A stretch of DNA of 53,265 bases, the filler included, from Catajapyx aquilonaris (lineage: Eukaryota), in NCBI GenBank assembly GCA_000934665.2. It is 3 parts of 3 records of this genome, joined end to end, with 100 filler letters (N's around TTAATTAATTAA, not from the genome) between each part and the next. Parts side by side here need not be neighbours in the genome. Positions count along the whole stretch, not along the records: positions 1 to 17,832 come from JYFJ02006907.1; positions 17,933 to 35,518 come from KZ539615.1; 1 more part is not named here. One strand, 5' to 3'. Numbering within the stretch: position 1 is the first letter of the stretch; the number at the start of each line of letters is the position of its first letter. Made by a program: the position numbers and the translations under genes. This document shows, one piece after another, positions 15,801 through 28,000 of this stretch. The notes under the pieces are model-generated. The model was not told where the DNA came from and ran no database searches. It saw only the letters and a program-made list of their open reading frames with translations.

Positions 15801-17832
15801 ATACAGCAGAATGGGCTGCATGGCCCAGCAGTTATTTATCACTTTCAGAGGGGCGACACTACATACCCAAAGGGAAGTGGATTTTTGTGTAAGCGCTCTT
15901 TTTGTTCCCCAGATATAGGCTGGATTAAACAGGAGGTACTCGGATCTTCCCGCCACTTTTTTTTAAAACGAGCGACTGTGGCTCCAGTGGTAAGCGAGCC
16001 AACTACTATGGTTGGGCGGCAAATATTTTGGCACTTTGATTGTTTGCGGGATTCTTTTGCGGGAGACAATGTCTGCTTCCAGACATGTCATGCTAACCAG
16101 CGAGCCAGATATCGTCAGATCCGGACTGGGGAGAAACTAGGCGTCTCTACGCCAAGGTGCTGTACGGATAGATATCAAGATTAGTGGGCAGGCAGGCAGG
16201 GGTTGGCTGCATGCGTATACAGCATATATATACAGACAAGTCTCTGGAAGGTTGCCTACACCTGTCCGTTCGTCCGTCAGGCAAAGTCGACAGCGGCAGG
16301 CAAGAATATTCGCCACTGAAATAATGACAGGCCTCTGTTTATTTGCACGCCTTCCTGCCAATCGCCTTTTTGGAAAAGGGCACAGGGTGGTCCGTCGCCA
16401 GAATATTTCGATGAGAAGCAATTTGCTGGACGTATACTTGATAGACACGGGCAGCGAGCCACCCTGTACTTTGATATCGACCGGACCAATCATTACGCGT
16501 ATGGTGTGCTGCAGAGAGTGTGTGTGCACGACCCCGTTTCCTCACACGCTACTTGTCGCTTACTCTAATTACTCCTTGGCTCAAATCCCTGCCCCCACCG
16601 GGTGCAAAATTTAGCGAATCGCCTCAGAAATTCGCACTCGCTGATTCTCTTGGAAAATCCTGGTGGTTGTTACTCTTTTAACTTCCTGTGCCCGGGGGTC
16701 GTCAGCAACGAAAGACTTTGCTATATGTTACGTTAACACAAATTGTTGAAATTGATGAAAATGACCTGAAATCACAGCATAGAATGGACCAGATAGTAAA
16801 GTCCTTCCAAAACTGGCTCCCATGAGAAGTGGGTGTGCACTTTCCGTTACAGCTCGTGACATTGGGAGTGGGGGGCAGCAGTCAACGCCCAGATTCCTCC
16901 CCATTTTCGCTCGGTTGCAAAGCAATTGTCCTGGGCAAGTAGACTCTGGGGCTGATGAAAGTTAATGGCGGTCAGTCTAGCGTTAGTCTGAGGTGCGTGG
17001 GGGGGATGGAGGGTTTGGAGAAGGGGGGAAGGGATGGCGGCGGTTTTGGCCTAATGCGGCAATGGTCGACCATAAAATGAAGGCAGGCATTCGGGGCGCC
17101 GATAAGAGTATACTCGTGGACTCGCTCTTTGATGGCCAATAAAAGATCCGGAACACGTCGATTGTGGCTCTTAACTATCCGACGGCCAGTTCATGGCCGG
17201 CCATCCCCCCCTCCTTTTTGTCCGAATAAAAAGGATAGCCCCCCCCCCCCCTTTCTCTCTCTTTTTCTCCTGGGAAATGAGCAGGACGATGGGCGAAAAA
17301 AAATTGAAAGAAATAAAAGACTTTTCACTCGGTTTGTCAGAAAATGTGTGCGGAAGGTCTACAGAGAGGCGATATCTGTTGCTATAATATATAGACATCA
17401 CTGGGTCCCTCCCATCTGTCCCTGGCCGCCGGTTTTACTGGCCTGCTGTGTTGCAACCGGTTAAAAAAAGGAGGAGGGAAAGATATGGGAATCATTAACT
17501 CTTCGTTATTAGGGCGTTACAGCCTGTTTTTCTCGGAGGAAAAGAGATCCCGCTCGAATATGCCAGAGCCAAGCCGCGCTTTCAATAACTGTTACTGGTG
17601 ACTTGTAGCCATTTGTAGCCAACTCTCTTCTTCTTCTTTTTTTGACTGCCCGTCAAGGACTTTGACTGTTGGTCAGGTGTCGATGCTGTGTGACTGTGAT
17701 TGCATACCACCTCTTGAAGTTTGAGTTCTGGACGAGCACGAAGACAGGTTATGGATGGCCAGCTTTCATGGGGATCATGTGCCACTCTGGAATGGCTATT
17801 GATGTCTGATCATTATTATTTTTTCACCTCCC

Positions 17833-17932
17833 NNNNNNNNNNNNNNNNNNNNNNNNNNNNNNNNNNNNNNNNNNNNTTAATTAATTAANNNNNNNNNNNN
17901 NNNNNNNNNNNNNNNNNNNNNNNNNNNNNNNN
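17833..17932. other. Artificial contig-joining spacer (44 N + TTAATTAATTAA + 44 N)
   Basis: Exactly 100 nt, symmetric; the core has stop codons in all six frames; identical to the second spacer. Confidence 0.95.
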
Positions 17933-20900
17933 GTACAGTACATCCGAACCAGAGAGCAGTCAATGCAACATTGCTTTCAAATTTACAGTATCTGATTTCA
18001 ATTAGCGTACAGTTCTTGTTATTCCTGCGCCATTTTTGAACGAATATGCGGAATATAATAATCTTTTCAGGCCCTCCCAAGTGTCGCATAGGTGGAAGTA
18101 TAGCGTTGATGGGTCGCAAAAGTAAAGCCCGGAGCCGTCGGAAGTGGAAACAAGGCGAGCACATTTGCAGGTCGACGTAACACGGAGGCCTATCCGGGGG
18201 AAAATGCGGTTGCGGGCAGTAATGGGCGCCGTTTTGGCCGGATAGAAGCATATCCGTGTTTCCCCGGCGGCTGTTGGGAACCCAGGCTCCACAACAGGTG
18301 GGAATGTCTCTGGATGGGGTTTTTTGGAAGCAGCATGCAAAAGCCTTCGCCAATCAGGAGTCAGTCCATACATGTGGGCCAGTTGTATTCGCCAAAGGAA
18401 CATGCCTGCTAATGAAGGAGCAGAAGACGTGGCGGCAATGCTAAACCAAGCCAACTCCGGGGTTTTCCAGGAATCCGGCTAATTTGCCGCATTTCCGGCT
18501 ATTCCGATCCCCAGAGTTTCTTATTGCTGGGTCGAATAAAAAAAAAGGCGAGCCGACTGTAGGCGTGTAATTAATTGCGGAATATCATCACGCGACCTTA
18601 ATAACAAGCTGGCAACGCTAGGGCCATTTTTCTCTTCCCCGGAAATATATTCATTATAAGTTTTTATTAATAATAAAAGGCAGTGGCGTGACTTTTTTCG
18701 TGCGGGCCTGAATGTCCCCGTGTCGTAAACGCCAGGATGGAACGGACATGCACAAAATATTTTCGTCGACCAACCAATGGCTTGGGAAGTTAGCTGTAAG
18801 TGACGCATCCTCTTTATACATATTTCAAATATTGTGCCGATCAATCATTGGTCGGTTAAAAAGCAGTCAGAGAGTGCGTCCTGTCAGTTTCGTCGATTCA
18901 AGCCGATGTTGCAGGTGAGGGGAACAGCTGGTACAGTACCTGAGAACAAAGCCGATCGGTGTTTGCGTTGGCAAAAGCTCTTGACGGCTATACTGTATCC
19001 CCCGGCAGCAAGGGCAGGGATTTGGTCTCGCAAACTGGGCCGATTTTCGCGCTGAAAGGGGATGATTTTCTGCGAATGTCCTCGCTTGGTGACTCCAGTC
19101 CACCTTCTTGGAGTGGGCGGCTCCAATCCGACCCGCAAATAGAAAGGGAAAGATAAAAAAAAGAAGAAGAAGGGAAATACTGTAAAGTGCAAAAGGAAAA
19201 AAGCCTTGGAAAGCGCCTTATATAGAGGACACAAAAAAATTGAGAGAATCCATGGCGTCTTTATATGTATATATACGGAGAGGAAGAAGGGGAAAAAAGC
19301 GATTGTCATCTCCTTATTTTCTGGCAGGCCACCCTGGAGAAGTATTAAGAAATCGCATTGACACTCGACAAAGGCCGGTGTTAAAAACCTAGGCAGTTTC
19401 CTTAGATTACTCCCTAACGCAAGGAGGCATCAAAGGCGTTGGTATAGCGGGCGTGGGACTCGTCCCAGGAATTACGTTGCCAAAAAGGTCTGCTTTCATT
19501 CCTCTCGAGCTTTGGAAGAAAAAAAAAATAGTGGGAAAAAAAAGCTACGTTCCAGTCGTTTCATCTCGATTCAACGGATAGACAGATAAACGGTTCTCTA
19601 GGCATCGCTTGTAAATGCAATGGAGGAAGATTATTTTGGCGTCATGAATGTCGCTTTATGATGCATTCGTTTGCGTATTTATCTCTTTTTGGTAAAATTG
19701 TGATAACGTCTTACCTGTGGATTATTTTGATGCGAAGCGACCAGGTGCATTGCTGATAGGGATATTTGCTGCGGTGCATGGTGGGCAGCATGTAGGCAGG
19801 AAAAAAAGTTTACTGTTGTCAATAATAACAATAATATTTACCGACTCTCTGACACCTTTTACACGGTGCAACAAAGTATACGAAGAGGGTAGGTCATATT
19901 AATAAAGTTTGTTTTGCAACATTGCTAGGATTGTTTAACGGCCCGTTGCAGACTGTTTAAGCGAAGGTTATTTTCTCGCAGCAATTAATTGCTTCTTCAT
20001 GAGCGTATTTGCGTTTTCCTGGCGTAATTTCACGCCTAAACGCTCATAAAGCCAAGTGGGTTGTTGGAGCCAATATATCCCGAACTGATTGAAATCCTGG
20101 CGGTGTAAACAACGTTGTAACTCGCTTGATTTAAGTAGGTTTGAGCATGATTTTCGCGGAAATCGCTCACTCCTCTCTTGGTTTATATAGCGATAGGTAG
20201 GCGTCACCTGTATTGTGGGGGAAAATCCTGAGAGGAACACTAGCCTTCCTGGAATTATTCCAGCCCGTCAATGCCGTTGCGAATTTATCGGAAGCTTTGC
20301 CCAAAGTAAAGGCGCATTTGAGCGTCACAAAGCTTCTTAGTTGCGGTTTCATAGTTGAACTGGGGAATTAGGCGCAGGGATCCTAGCTCACATTAACCTT
20401 GCTTCCAGCAGGAAATTGAGAATGGGGGAGGTGGGGGGGTTTTCTGTTCGGGAGATGATACATTCTCTATTCTTCCTGGAAATGCCTTTGAACTGATATT
20501 AAGATGGGCCCGAGTTCGGAAAATCTGCGGCTTGGAGCTTTTGTAACGCACGTGCTTTGGCACCCGGCTCTGGGGGAGGTTAAACAAATGGGACTTTTTG
20601 CCGCTCCGGCTTTCAAAATTGTGTACAGAGAAGAAGTGGTTATGACTAATATTCCCAGGACCCCATTAGCAGCCGTTGTTTGTTCGAAGGGGGAAATCAG
20701 GCTTGCTTTTTTTCCCTAGTTTTTTCCCCCCCTCCCTTTGGAAACAATATTTGGGGGCTACATCATGTGGACAACGCCCGAGAGTGATGGGGGGCCAAGG
20801 GCGTGGTCTTCCAAACTCTCTCGAAGCCCTTTATTTCCCCCAATAGAAGGGTGCTGGAGCCCTTAGTTTTCGAGTTTGTTGACTTTTGCAGCCGGAGTAA

Positions 20901-21379
20901 TGTAGAGGCCCGCACCACCTGCAACCACTTCCAAATTTAATCGGCACAATTACATTGACCCCGGGGGTGCTTCACCTTAACCTCGCCTTCCTTTGTGTAT
21001 TGGCAGCGCCGCGCCGGGAGGGTTGCAAAATGGCAAAAACCGACCGAGGTTTTTAGCCAGTTTTGTCTTATCAGCACGTTGCAGTTGTATAGGATGGGCT
21101 ATCTGGAGTATAACACCTGGAGTACCAGGTGCTGGACTGCAGTGTGGACTGAAATACAGTATCAAATTTTTTTTATTGTAGGCCTGATCGTGACGTCCGC
21201 TTTTTTTGTACCGCTGCCGGCATTGCCATCATGTATGCGTATATTTCGAGGCCGTCCAAAAGCTGACACCATACCATATGCGTTGACACTGCTATTATCC
21301 TTCCTGGCATCTATTTTTTTCTGATGACTTTTAGGATATGCACGACCACATTTAACCGGTGCTTTTTCCCCATTTTCAG

Positions 21380-21744
21380 GACCGGTGCTGTGTGTGGTGG
21401 AGTCGCCTCTGGAGACCCGGTACGTAAAGCCATGGTTCACGACCCCGGCTGCGGTGGTGGGGTGCTCCAGCTCCCAGAAGACGTCGCGGGGGCAGGAGGT
21501 ACACGTGGTCCGCCTCAACGCCACGGCTACCACCGACACCGGAGGCGTAGGCGGCCGAAGAGCGTCTTCAGCCAGGAGGGCTGGAGGAGGAAGGCCGCTC
21601 GACCAAGTTCTACTGTTCCTCCAAAGCGCTGATGGACAGACCAAACCCAACAAGTTGGTTTTGGTGCTGGATTCTCCTGTACCTGTTCTGTGGCGCGTGA
21701 ACTCCAACGGACTGTTGGAGAACAACACGCAACACATCGCGGTG
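21380..21744 (+). CDS. TGFBR3: TGFBR3-like exon A, start of orphan domain
   Basis: ttttcAG|GA CCG..., ...GTG|GTaagt; PVLCVVESP...VGCSSSQKTSRGQEVHVVRL...KLVLVLDSPVPVLWRV resembles betaglycan SGCASRG..QEVHVLNL...VVFLLNSPHPLVWHL. Confidence 0.9.
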
Positions 21745-21968
21745 GTAAGTTGCGTCGGTTTATTCGAGACCTCTGCATGGTAGAGTTTATATGACAAAAG
21801 TGTACCTGGAAAACGCGAGCGTGACGCCGGAAAGTTATACCGGGGATGGCACCCAAGTGAGAGGTCATTGAATGAGGAGCCGTTGGAGTTCGTCTGGGGA
21901 TAATCGTGGGACTTGTTACCTACACCCTATAGGGTGTAGGTAACAAGTCCCGCGATTATTATTATTTA

Positions 21969-22040
<72 letters not shown>

Positions 22041-25000
22041 GGCTACAGTACGCATACGGACGACATGATTTTGAATTCGCGCTTCATTATTGCTATTTTT
22101 TTAAATAGATAAATTCACGGAAAATGTCATTCATAAGATGCTGGCCTGGTGCTGGCATGTAACGATAATTCAAAAGTGCAAGGCTACTATATTTGAGTTT
22201 ACTATACGCGGCCCAATATACAGTAGTTTATTCGTTCAGTTCATGGGACACCGACAGTATACCAATTTCTGTGCGTCGGATATCAAGTTGCATGGATTCT
22301 TCTGGAATTTTCGACTATGAACGTAAACTTACTACGCGTTCTCGTACAGCTTACAGTTTCCAAGGAAAGCTCTAAGATATAATGGGTTTCCACCAATATG
22401 CAGGGTTCATGATGGGAGGTTTGGTTTTCATAAACTCGGTGCAGCCTGCAACAATGTTGCACATGTCAAAATATTATCCTTCGGAAAGTAACCAGGGTGT
22501 GTTTGTTTTCTGGGCTGTTGGAACTATGCGCCATTCTGGACGGAGGCGTAGCGTATTTCCTATAACTACACCTAACCTCAAGGGCAGAATTCAATGAGGT
22601 TAACTTACACGCACCGTTTAATTTCGTGTGATAGCACATTAGCGCTAATTTAACCATCCTCTGATATCTGGGAGGCTTTGAGTATATACTTAAGCATCAA
22701 GGCAGTGCAGTGAGTTGGGGAATTAATTTCACGTGTACGTGATGTCAGACAATTTAAGCTATACAGGTAATGTTTCTAAATTCATATATGTCGACTTCGA
22801 TGATTAATCTAGGGTTTATATTATGTTGCACTTTGCATACACCCGGTACCTTGCGACACCCGATTAAACTTTGTAACTGAATGCACCCTTATTTCACTTT
22901 CCGAATGGCTTTTAACCTTGTGTTGTTTGAACAACAAGTCTTCTACGACTGACACCTGGACGTAAAATGATAATCTAGTGGCCACGAATTCACTCTGCGG
23001 ATCTTACCGGTTTAGTGTCGTAACTCCATGTAATGCGACGTTTGTTGTCAAATTGTTACACGATTTTTCTCTCGCTCGATTGTGCGGAATTTTTCGCCTG
23101 CAGGGATAACGACGCACAATTTTTCCTTCCCTACGACGTATGCAGGGCATCACTCTCGCGGTCAGCACTTCGGAGATCTCGGAGCCCCCGTTTGTAATTC
23201 ACAAGGGTGTACGGCTTGAAATTAACCCGTTGCAGAAGCCGCCGAAGCCACCAACTTAATTTCCGTCGGTAGGAAATAATCGTTCCTTATTTAGAATTCC
23301 CGGCTCCAAACCTTGACGACCTCCCAGAAATAACTAGAAGGAAGGAAAAGGAGGAAGGGGGGGGGGGNNNNNNCCCCCCCCCCCCACCCCCGGTCGACTT
23401 TTCCACCTAGAAATCCGATTTGGGTAAACTAGTAGTGAATCTAAATTCGTCGGAACCAAATGACTTCTACTGTAGCTGTCATGTCGCCAACCCGCAGCTC
23501 ATTTTGTCTCGCAGAACTGCAGTTATAAATCTATTATGAGGCTTCCTAGCTGAGTAAAGCTGGGAGGGGGAGGGGATGAAAAAAAAATTGATTTTCCAAA
23601 GATGGAAAATTTGCAAGTGTATAACCCAAGCAGGGACTAAAATAACCTCTTCCACAGAATCAAAGAGACTGATAGAACGTTGGTATTAATCGCACCATAT
23701 GCAGTACCATATGTGGCACAGTTGTGTATTATTTATTTATTTATTTGTCTCATAACACATGCTCAATTTTGACTGATGTACTGCAGCACCATCAGGCTGC
23801 CAGTTTTGATTCCACACGTGCAAGGGGAAGATCTAATGCATAAATATGGTTGATTGTTGTCGGGGTGTTGGGGGGCGCGAGAGGGCTGCAGGATTGGCAG
23901 ATGTCAGTGGTGAAGTACAGGAAGTGCGTAAATTAAGCGGGACAAGGCATGTAAAAGATGGCGCAGGGCGGACATGCTAATGATGTTCGATGTTGACGTG
24001 GGGCATCGATTTGGAGGACATGATGCGTGTGTTCTGCTATATACATCACACATCATTTTCATGTGTGTTGGGGGGGGGGGGTGTCATGGGAGCTTAATTG
24101 ATGGACCAGACGTAAATCGACAACGTCCTAATGTACTGGAGTAGAAAAGGTCAGAGACTGGCATTCTCCAGTCAATTCTTTCCGGAATTTGTGACCGAAC
24201 CGGGTGCACTTTTTTAAAAATTATCGGGGGAGATAGAATTAGGTAGGAATGTTTGCCAGAAGCCGTTGATTCTGAAAGCATGTGAGAAACTCAGGTCACT
24301 GAGGCCATTTTTAAGCCCCGATTTGTGATTCTGCATTGTCTTTCTTGCGGAAAGCGTATTAATTAAGTCATAGGCTTGTATAGAGCAGACCTGTAGCTTG
24401 GGAATTGTTGAACGCCTACGTGGTGGTTGTGGTGAAGTCTTCCTGGCCGACCTGTATGTATAGTGCAGCTAACTTGAAAGGCCGCACTATACCACGGCAA
24501 ATATCAGAACAACATGCTAAATATTGAACATTGTTCTGGAACTGCAAATGGATAGAGAGCGACTGGGGGGGAACAAAGTAGGAACTGTAGTAGGCCACCT
24601 GAAATAGTATTGAGTGCTTTCAGCACCCAAAAGTGTTGCGCAACTTGAGTACACCCGCCGCCAGGTGAGGATCGTACTTTCTGATATGATATGATGTCGT
24701 GCTGTGGTATATGCGCGACGAACAATTACGCGCAATTGTCTGCCTAATGTACAGTGAAATTAAAACACCCAAAACGATATTGTATGTCTGCTAAAACATT
24801 AACTAAGCCTGTGTACCCCGTACAGTACACGCCACCGCCGCCGCTTTATTATACAAAGTACACACATTAATGGTCTGTGCTAATGCACATTACTAGTCTG
24901 AGCCTACTAAAGCTTACAATGGGATTTCCGATGAAACGTGCAGTGAGGGCCCCCTCGAATATTTGGAGTCATCTCCTTTCACAAGTTCGGAGTGTAGTTT

Positions 25001-28000
25001 GCCACAAAACCATTTACAGTGTATGGCCCAACTATTTTGACACCTGGTGCATGTAAGATGCAAATTCCGTACTAGTTAGATAATATTGCTGCGCGATACT
25101 TTTAAGGCGTGTTTTCTGCCCCCATTGATGGCATTGGGTAAAATAGCATGGGGTTGATGGGAATGACGTGGCTTTGGGAGCAGGTGTCATTAATGTAATT
25201 AGTCGGGATACCTTAGTGTGTGCAGTCGCAGAGGAGTAGTTACGTGGTGTACTCCGAGTCCCTTAATAGATTTAACAGCTTACCCCCCCCCCCCCCCCAN
25301 NNNNNNNNNNNNNNNNNNCCTGGCCTTTAGAGAAATGATGGCACCGGATATTAAATAATATCTTGAGCTGGATAAATGTCGGAATGGAAGTGCCCCATAT
25401 ACACTGGGATTCGGAGAATCGTCCAAACAGTTATTGCTTGTTGGCTTTTCAGCGTGGCATTGGGGGGGACATCTGAAAGTAACAGGTGCAGTTGGAGGGG
25501 GATTAGTAGGTACAGGGTGTACCGAAAGTGTGCGAGTAAAGATGAGACACCGTGTGTTTAATCTGCTGATGAATTATGGGGGAACTGGCTGTTTCTCTGC
25601 AGGTGACAACAGGTAGAACGTGAATTTTTCCGAATAGTTTTTGAGTGGGGGGTAAACGATTGGGTGATGCGAGTCTCCCATAAAACAAGAGGCGGCGATT
25701 AGTATGCATGCCGCCCACCGACCCGATATGTAGAGGACGTTTACTCCTCGCTTGCAATGGCTACATGATTCCAGGGCCTGCATTCCATTGCCCGCCTCCC
25801 AACCCTCCCACCCAGCTCTTCCCTTTCCACATGGAAAACCTCTGCCACTCACTCACTCAAACTCGTCGCTGGAGATGGGCAGGCCACCTCAGAATGTTTT
25901 TTAAAAAATTGGACAAAAATGGATGTGACGGGGAATCATGATGGAGTTTTGAAAATTTGCGTCTGTCACACGTCATCGGGCGGAATGTAATGGGTTAGTT
26001 AGCGTATGTAGAGGGGGGGGGGGGGGGGGGNATTTTCGGCTCGGTTGGAATTGAAGGGTTGGAAAGAGGAAATTGCGGGAGTCAACAGTATACTGGCTGA
26101 AGAATACGTTACTGGGGTCCCTATAGACTTCAAAGTCGGAAGGGGGAAAATGAGGAGAGGTTTCTTGGCTTTGATGTTTTTGAAACATTTTAAGTGACAA
26201 ACGCGGTCCATATTAGAGTCAAACAGACTTTAAACAGAATGCAAATTTGTTGACCAAGTTTGTGCATGCATACTTTTGATAAATCAGGTTATGCGGTGTT
26301 GGGTAGGTAATGTACTAACTTTTTTTTTGTCATCTTATGCATAATTTGTTGTTGCAAAGTGCAGCTGGTAGCATTATGCAGTTGCATTTCCAGCGTGGGA
26401 TGCACTCTGAGAGGGCTATGGTATCAGGTTATAATTTTCAAATGAATTTTATAGGGTGATGTATACACTTGTGCTATAGTTGTACAGATGGGAGTTAGGA
26501 GATAGAGAGAGAAAAAAAGGTGAGAGAAGCTTTTGCTTCTGTGGGATTTTGACTTCCCAGCTCCTCCGGCACTTTTAACTTTCAAAAAAGGAACCGAGGA
26601 ATTGCCGGGGAGTGAAGTAAAGTTTCTCGTGGGAATTGCTGCGAACTCCTCTTCTTGCCTCTCCCCAACCCCACCCACACACTCTCTCTCAGCCTCTGAA
26701 CTCGCGAGTTGTTCCCCGGCACGAAGACGTCAGGTGCCATGTTGACACTGAAACTCGTTTATCCATTCTAGACCTAGAGGAAACTGTGCTGCAGCTTCTG
26801 TTGCCATCAGAGTGAAAAAGGGATACCCGAACGAAAATGGCTGGCGACAAGGAGAGCTTGATTCGGTTAAGGGACACCAGACTGACGCCTTTTTGTCGCC
26901 TCCTATATATATATATATATTTTTATCCTCTAGTTCTTTTGTCTCCTTTTCTTTTTATCTCGTTGGGCAAAATGATTCCGGACCGATGACAAGCTTTTCA
27001 CTTTGTTTTCCTCTGCAGATCAACGAGGAATCGGAAGTGGAATCCGACTTCCGAATGACGGTGACGAAGAAAAAGTTCCGGGACGGGAACGCCACGCTGC
27101 GTTACCTGCGCAAGCGCTTCCAGAATATCACCAGCTACGCGCAGGTGCGACGGGCCAATCGGATATCGCTTCTGTTCGCCAAAAGTAAGTTCAATTTTCA
27201 AGCTGATTAGATTGTAAGGGGGATTGCCGTAAAAATCAGTTTCTTGCAAAATTAGGGGCCTCTGTGTACGGTCAAGTAAATTGAGCTCAATTTTGGAGTG
27301 ATTACAACTTGATTCACGGATTGTGTAGGTGCGCTCACCTGCACCGCCAGTGAATGAATCAAGTGCGAAGTGATTTAAAATATCGAATGCTGCTTTTGAC
27401 ACCACAATTGAGCCATTCACACTGATTATTATTTGTTGTTTATTTATATGGTGTACGGATTGACCCCTTGCTTGACACATGTGAAAGGAGGATATATGGC
27501 ATGTCCTGATACTGCGTCTCACGAAATAAATGCAGCCAATCACGTCCTGACTATACAGTATAGGCCTACAATCGTCACTCGCCTTAGATGGCACATAGAG
27601 CTCTGCTGGTCTGCACCAGGACACCTTGGGCCAAAACTTGTGCTATTCATTATCGGAAATAAACCCCTGCTGCACTTGGTCGAGAAACGTATCCCAGCAA
27701 CTTGGTTTTGGTCAGTGTACCTTTAGTTCATGGCGGTATTGCAGTCCTATACTCACAGGCAAATTGGTGGTGGTGTGGGAAAAGTTGGTGTAATATACCT
27801 ATTCGGCGTGAGGATGATTATGAGTTACAGTGCTGGGATCTGACATATTGATGCGTAATTTGAGGAGGTGGATGGAAGGAGTGTCTCGTAAATTGTCGAT
27901 TGGAGGTGCAGGCGCTTTTTATACTAACGGAATGCAATATCTCAAAAGCAGAAACACCAATTTTTTTTTCCGCCCCAAAAATATGTGAAACTCGCTTGTA

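Noticed and set aside
13645..16184. Long ORFs of 150-212 aa on both strands
   Set aside because: Low-complexity, microsatellite-influenced translations with non-ATG starts, no motifs and no exon logic
17877..17888. TTAATTAATTAA as a homeodomain site or piggyBac footprint
   Set aside because: Centred in an exact 100-nt N block and repeated identically at 35563-35574; assembly artefact
17933..21379. Signal-peptide exon of the TGFBR3-like gene (e.g. hydrophobic stretches at 19717-19790 and 20995-21324)
   Set aside because: No candidate combined an ATG, a hydrophobic core and a convincing phase-1 donor
21162..21797. 211-aa minus-strand ORF (also 26998-27624)
   Set aside because: Antisense shadows of GC-rich TGFBR3-like exons
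23359..23388. Poly-G/poly-C runs containing Ns (also about 25283, 26012, 36057) as G-quadruplex or hairpin elements
   Set aside because: Homopolymer lengths are unresolved by sequencing, so structure cannot be trusted
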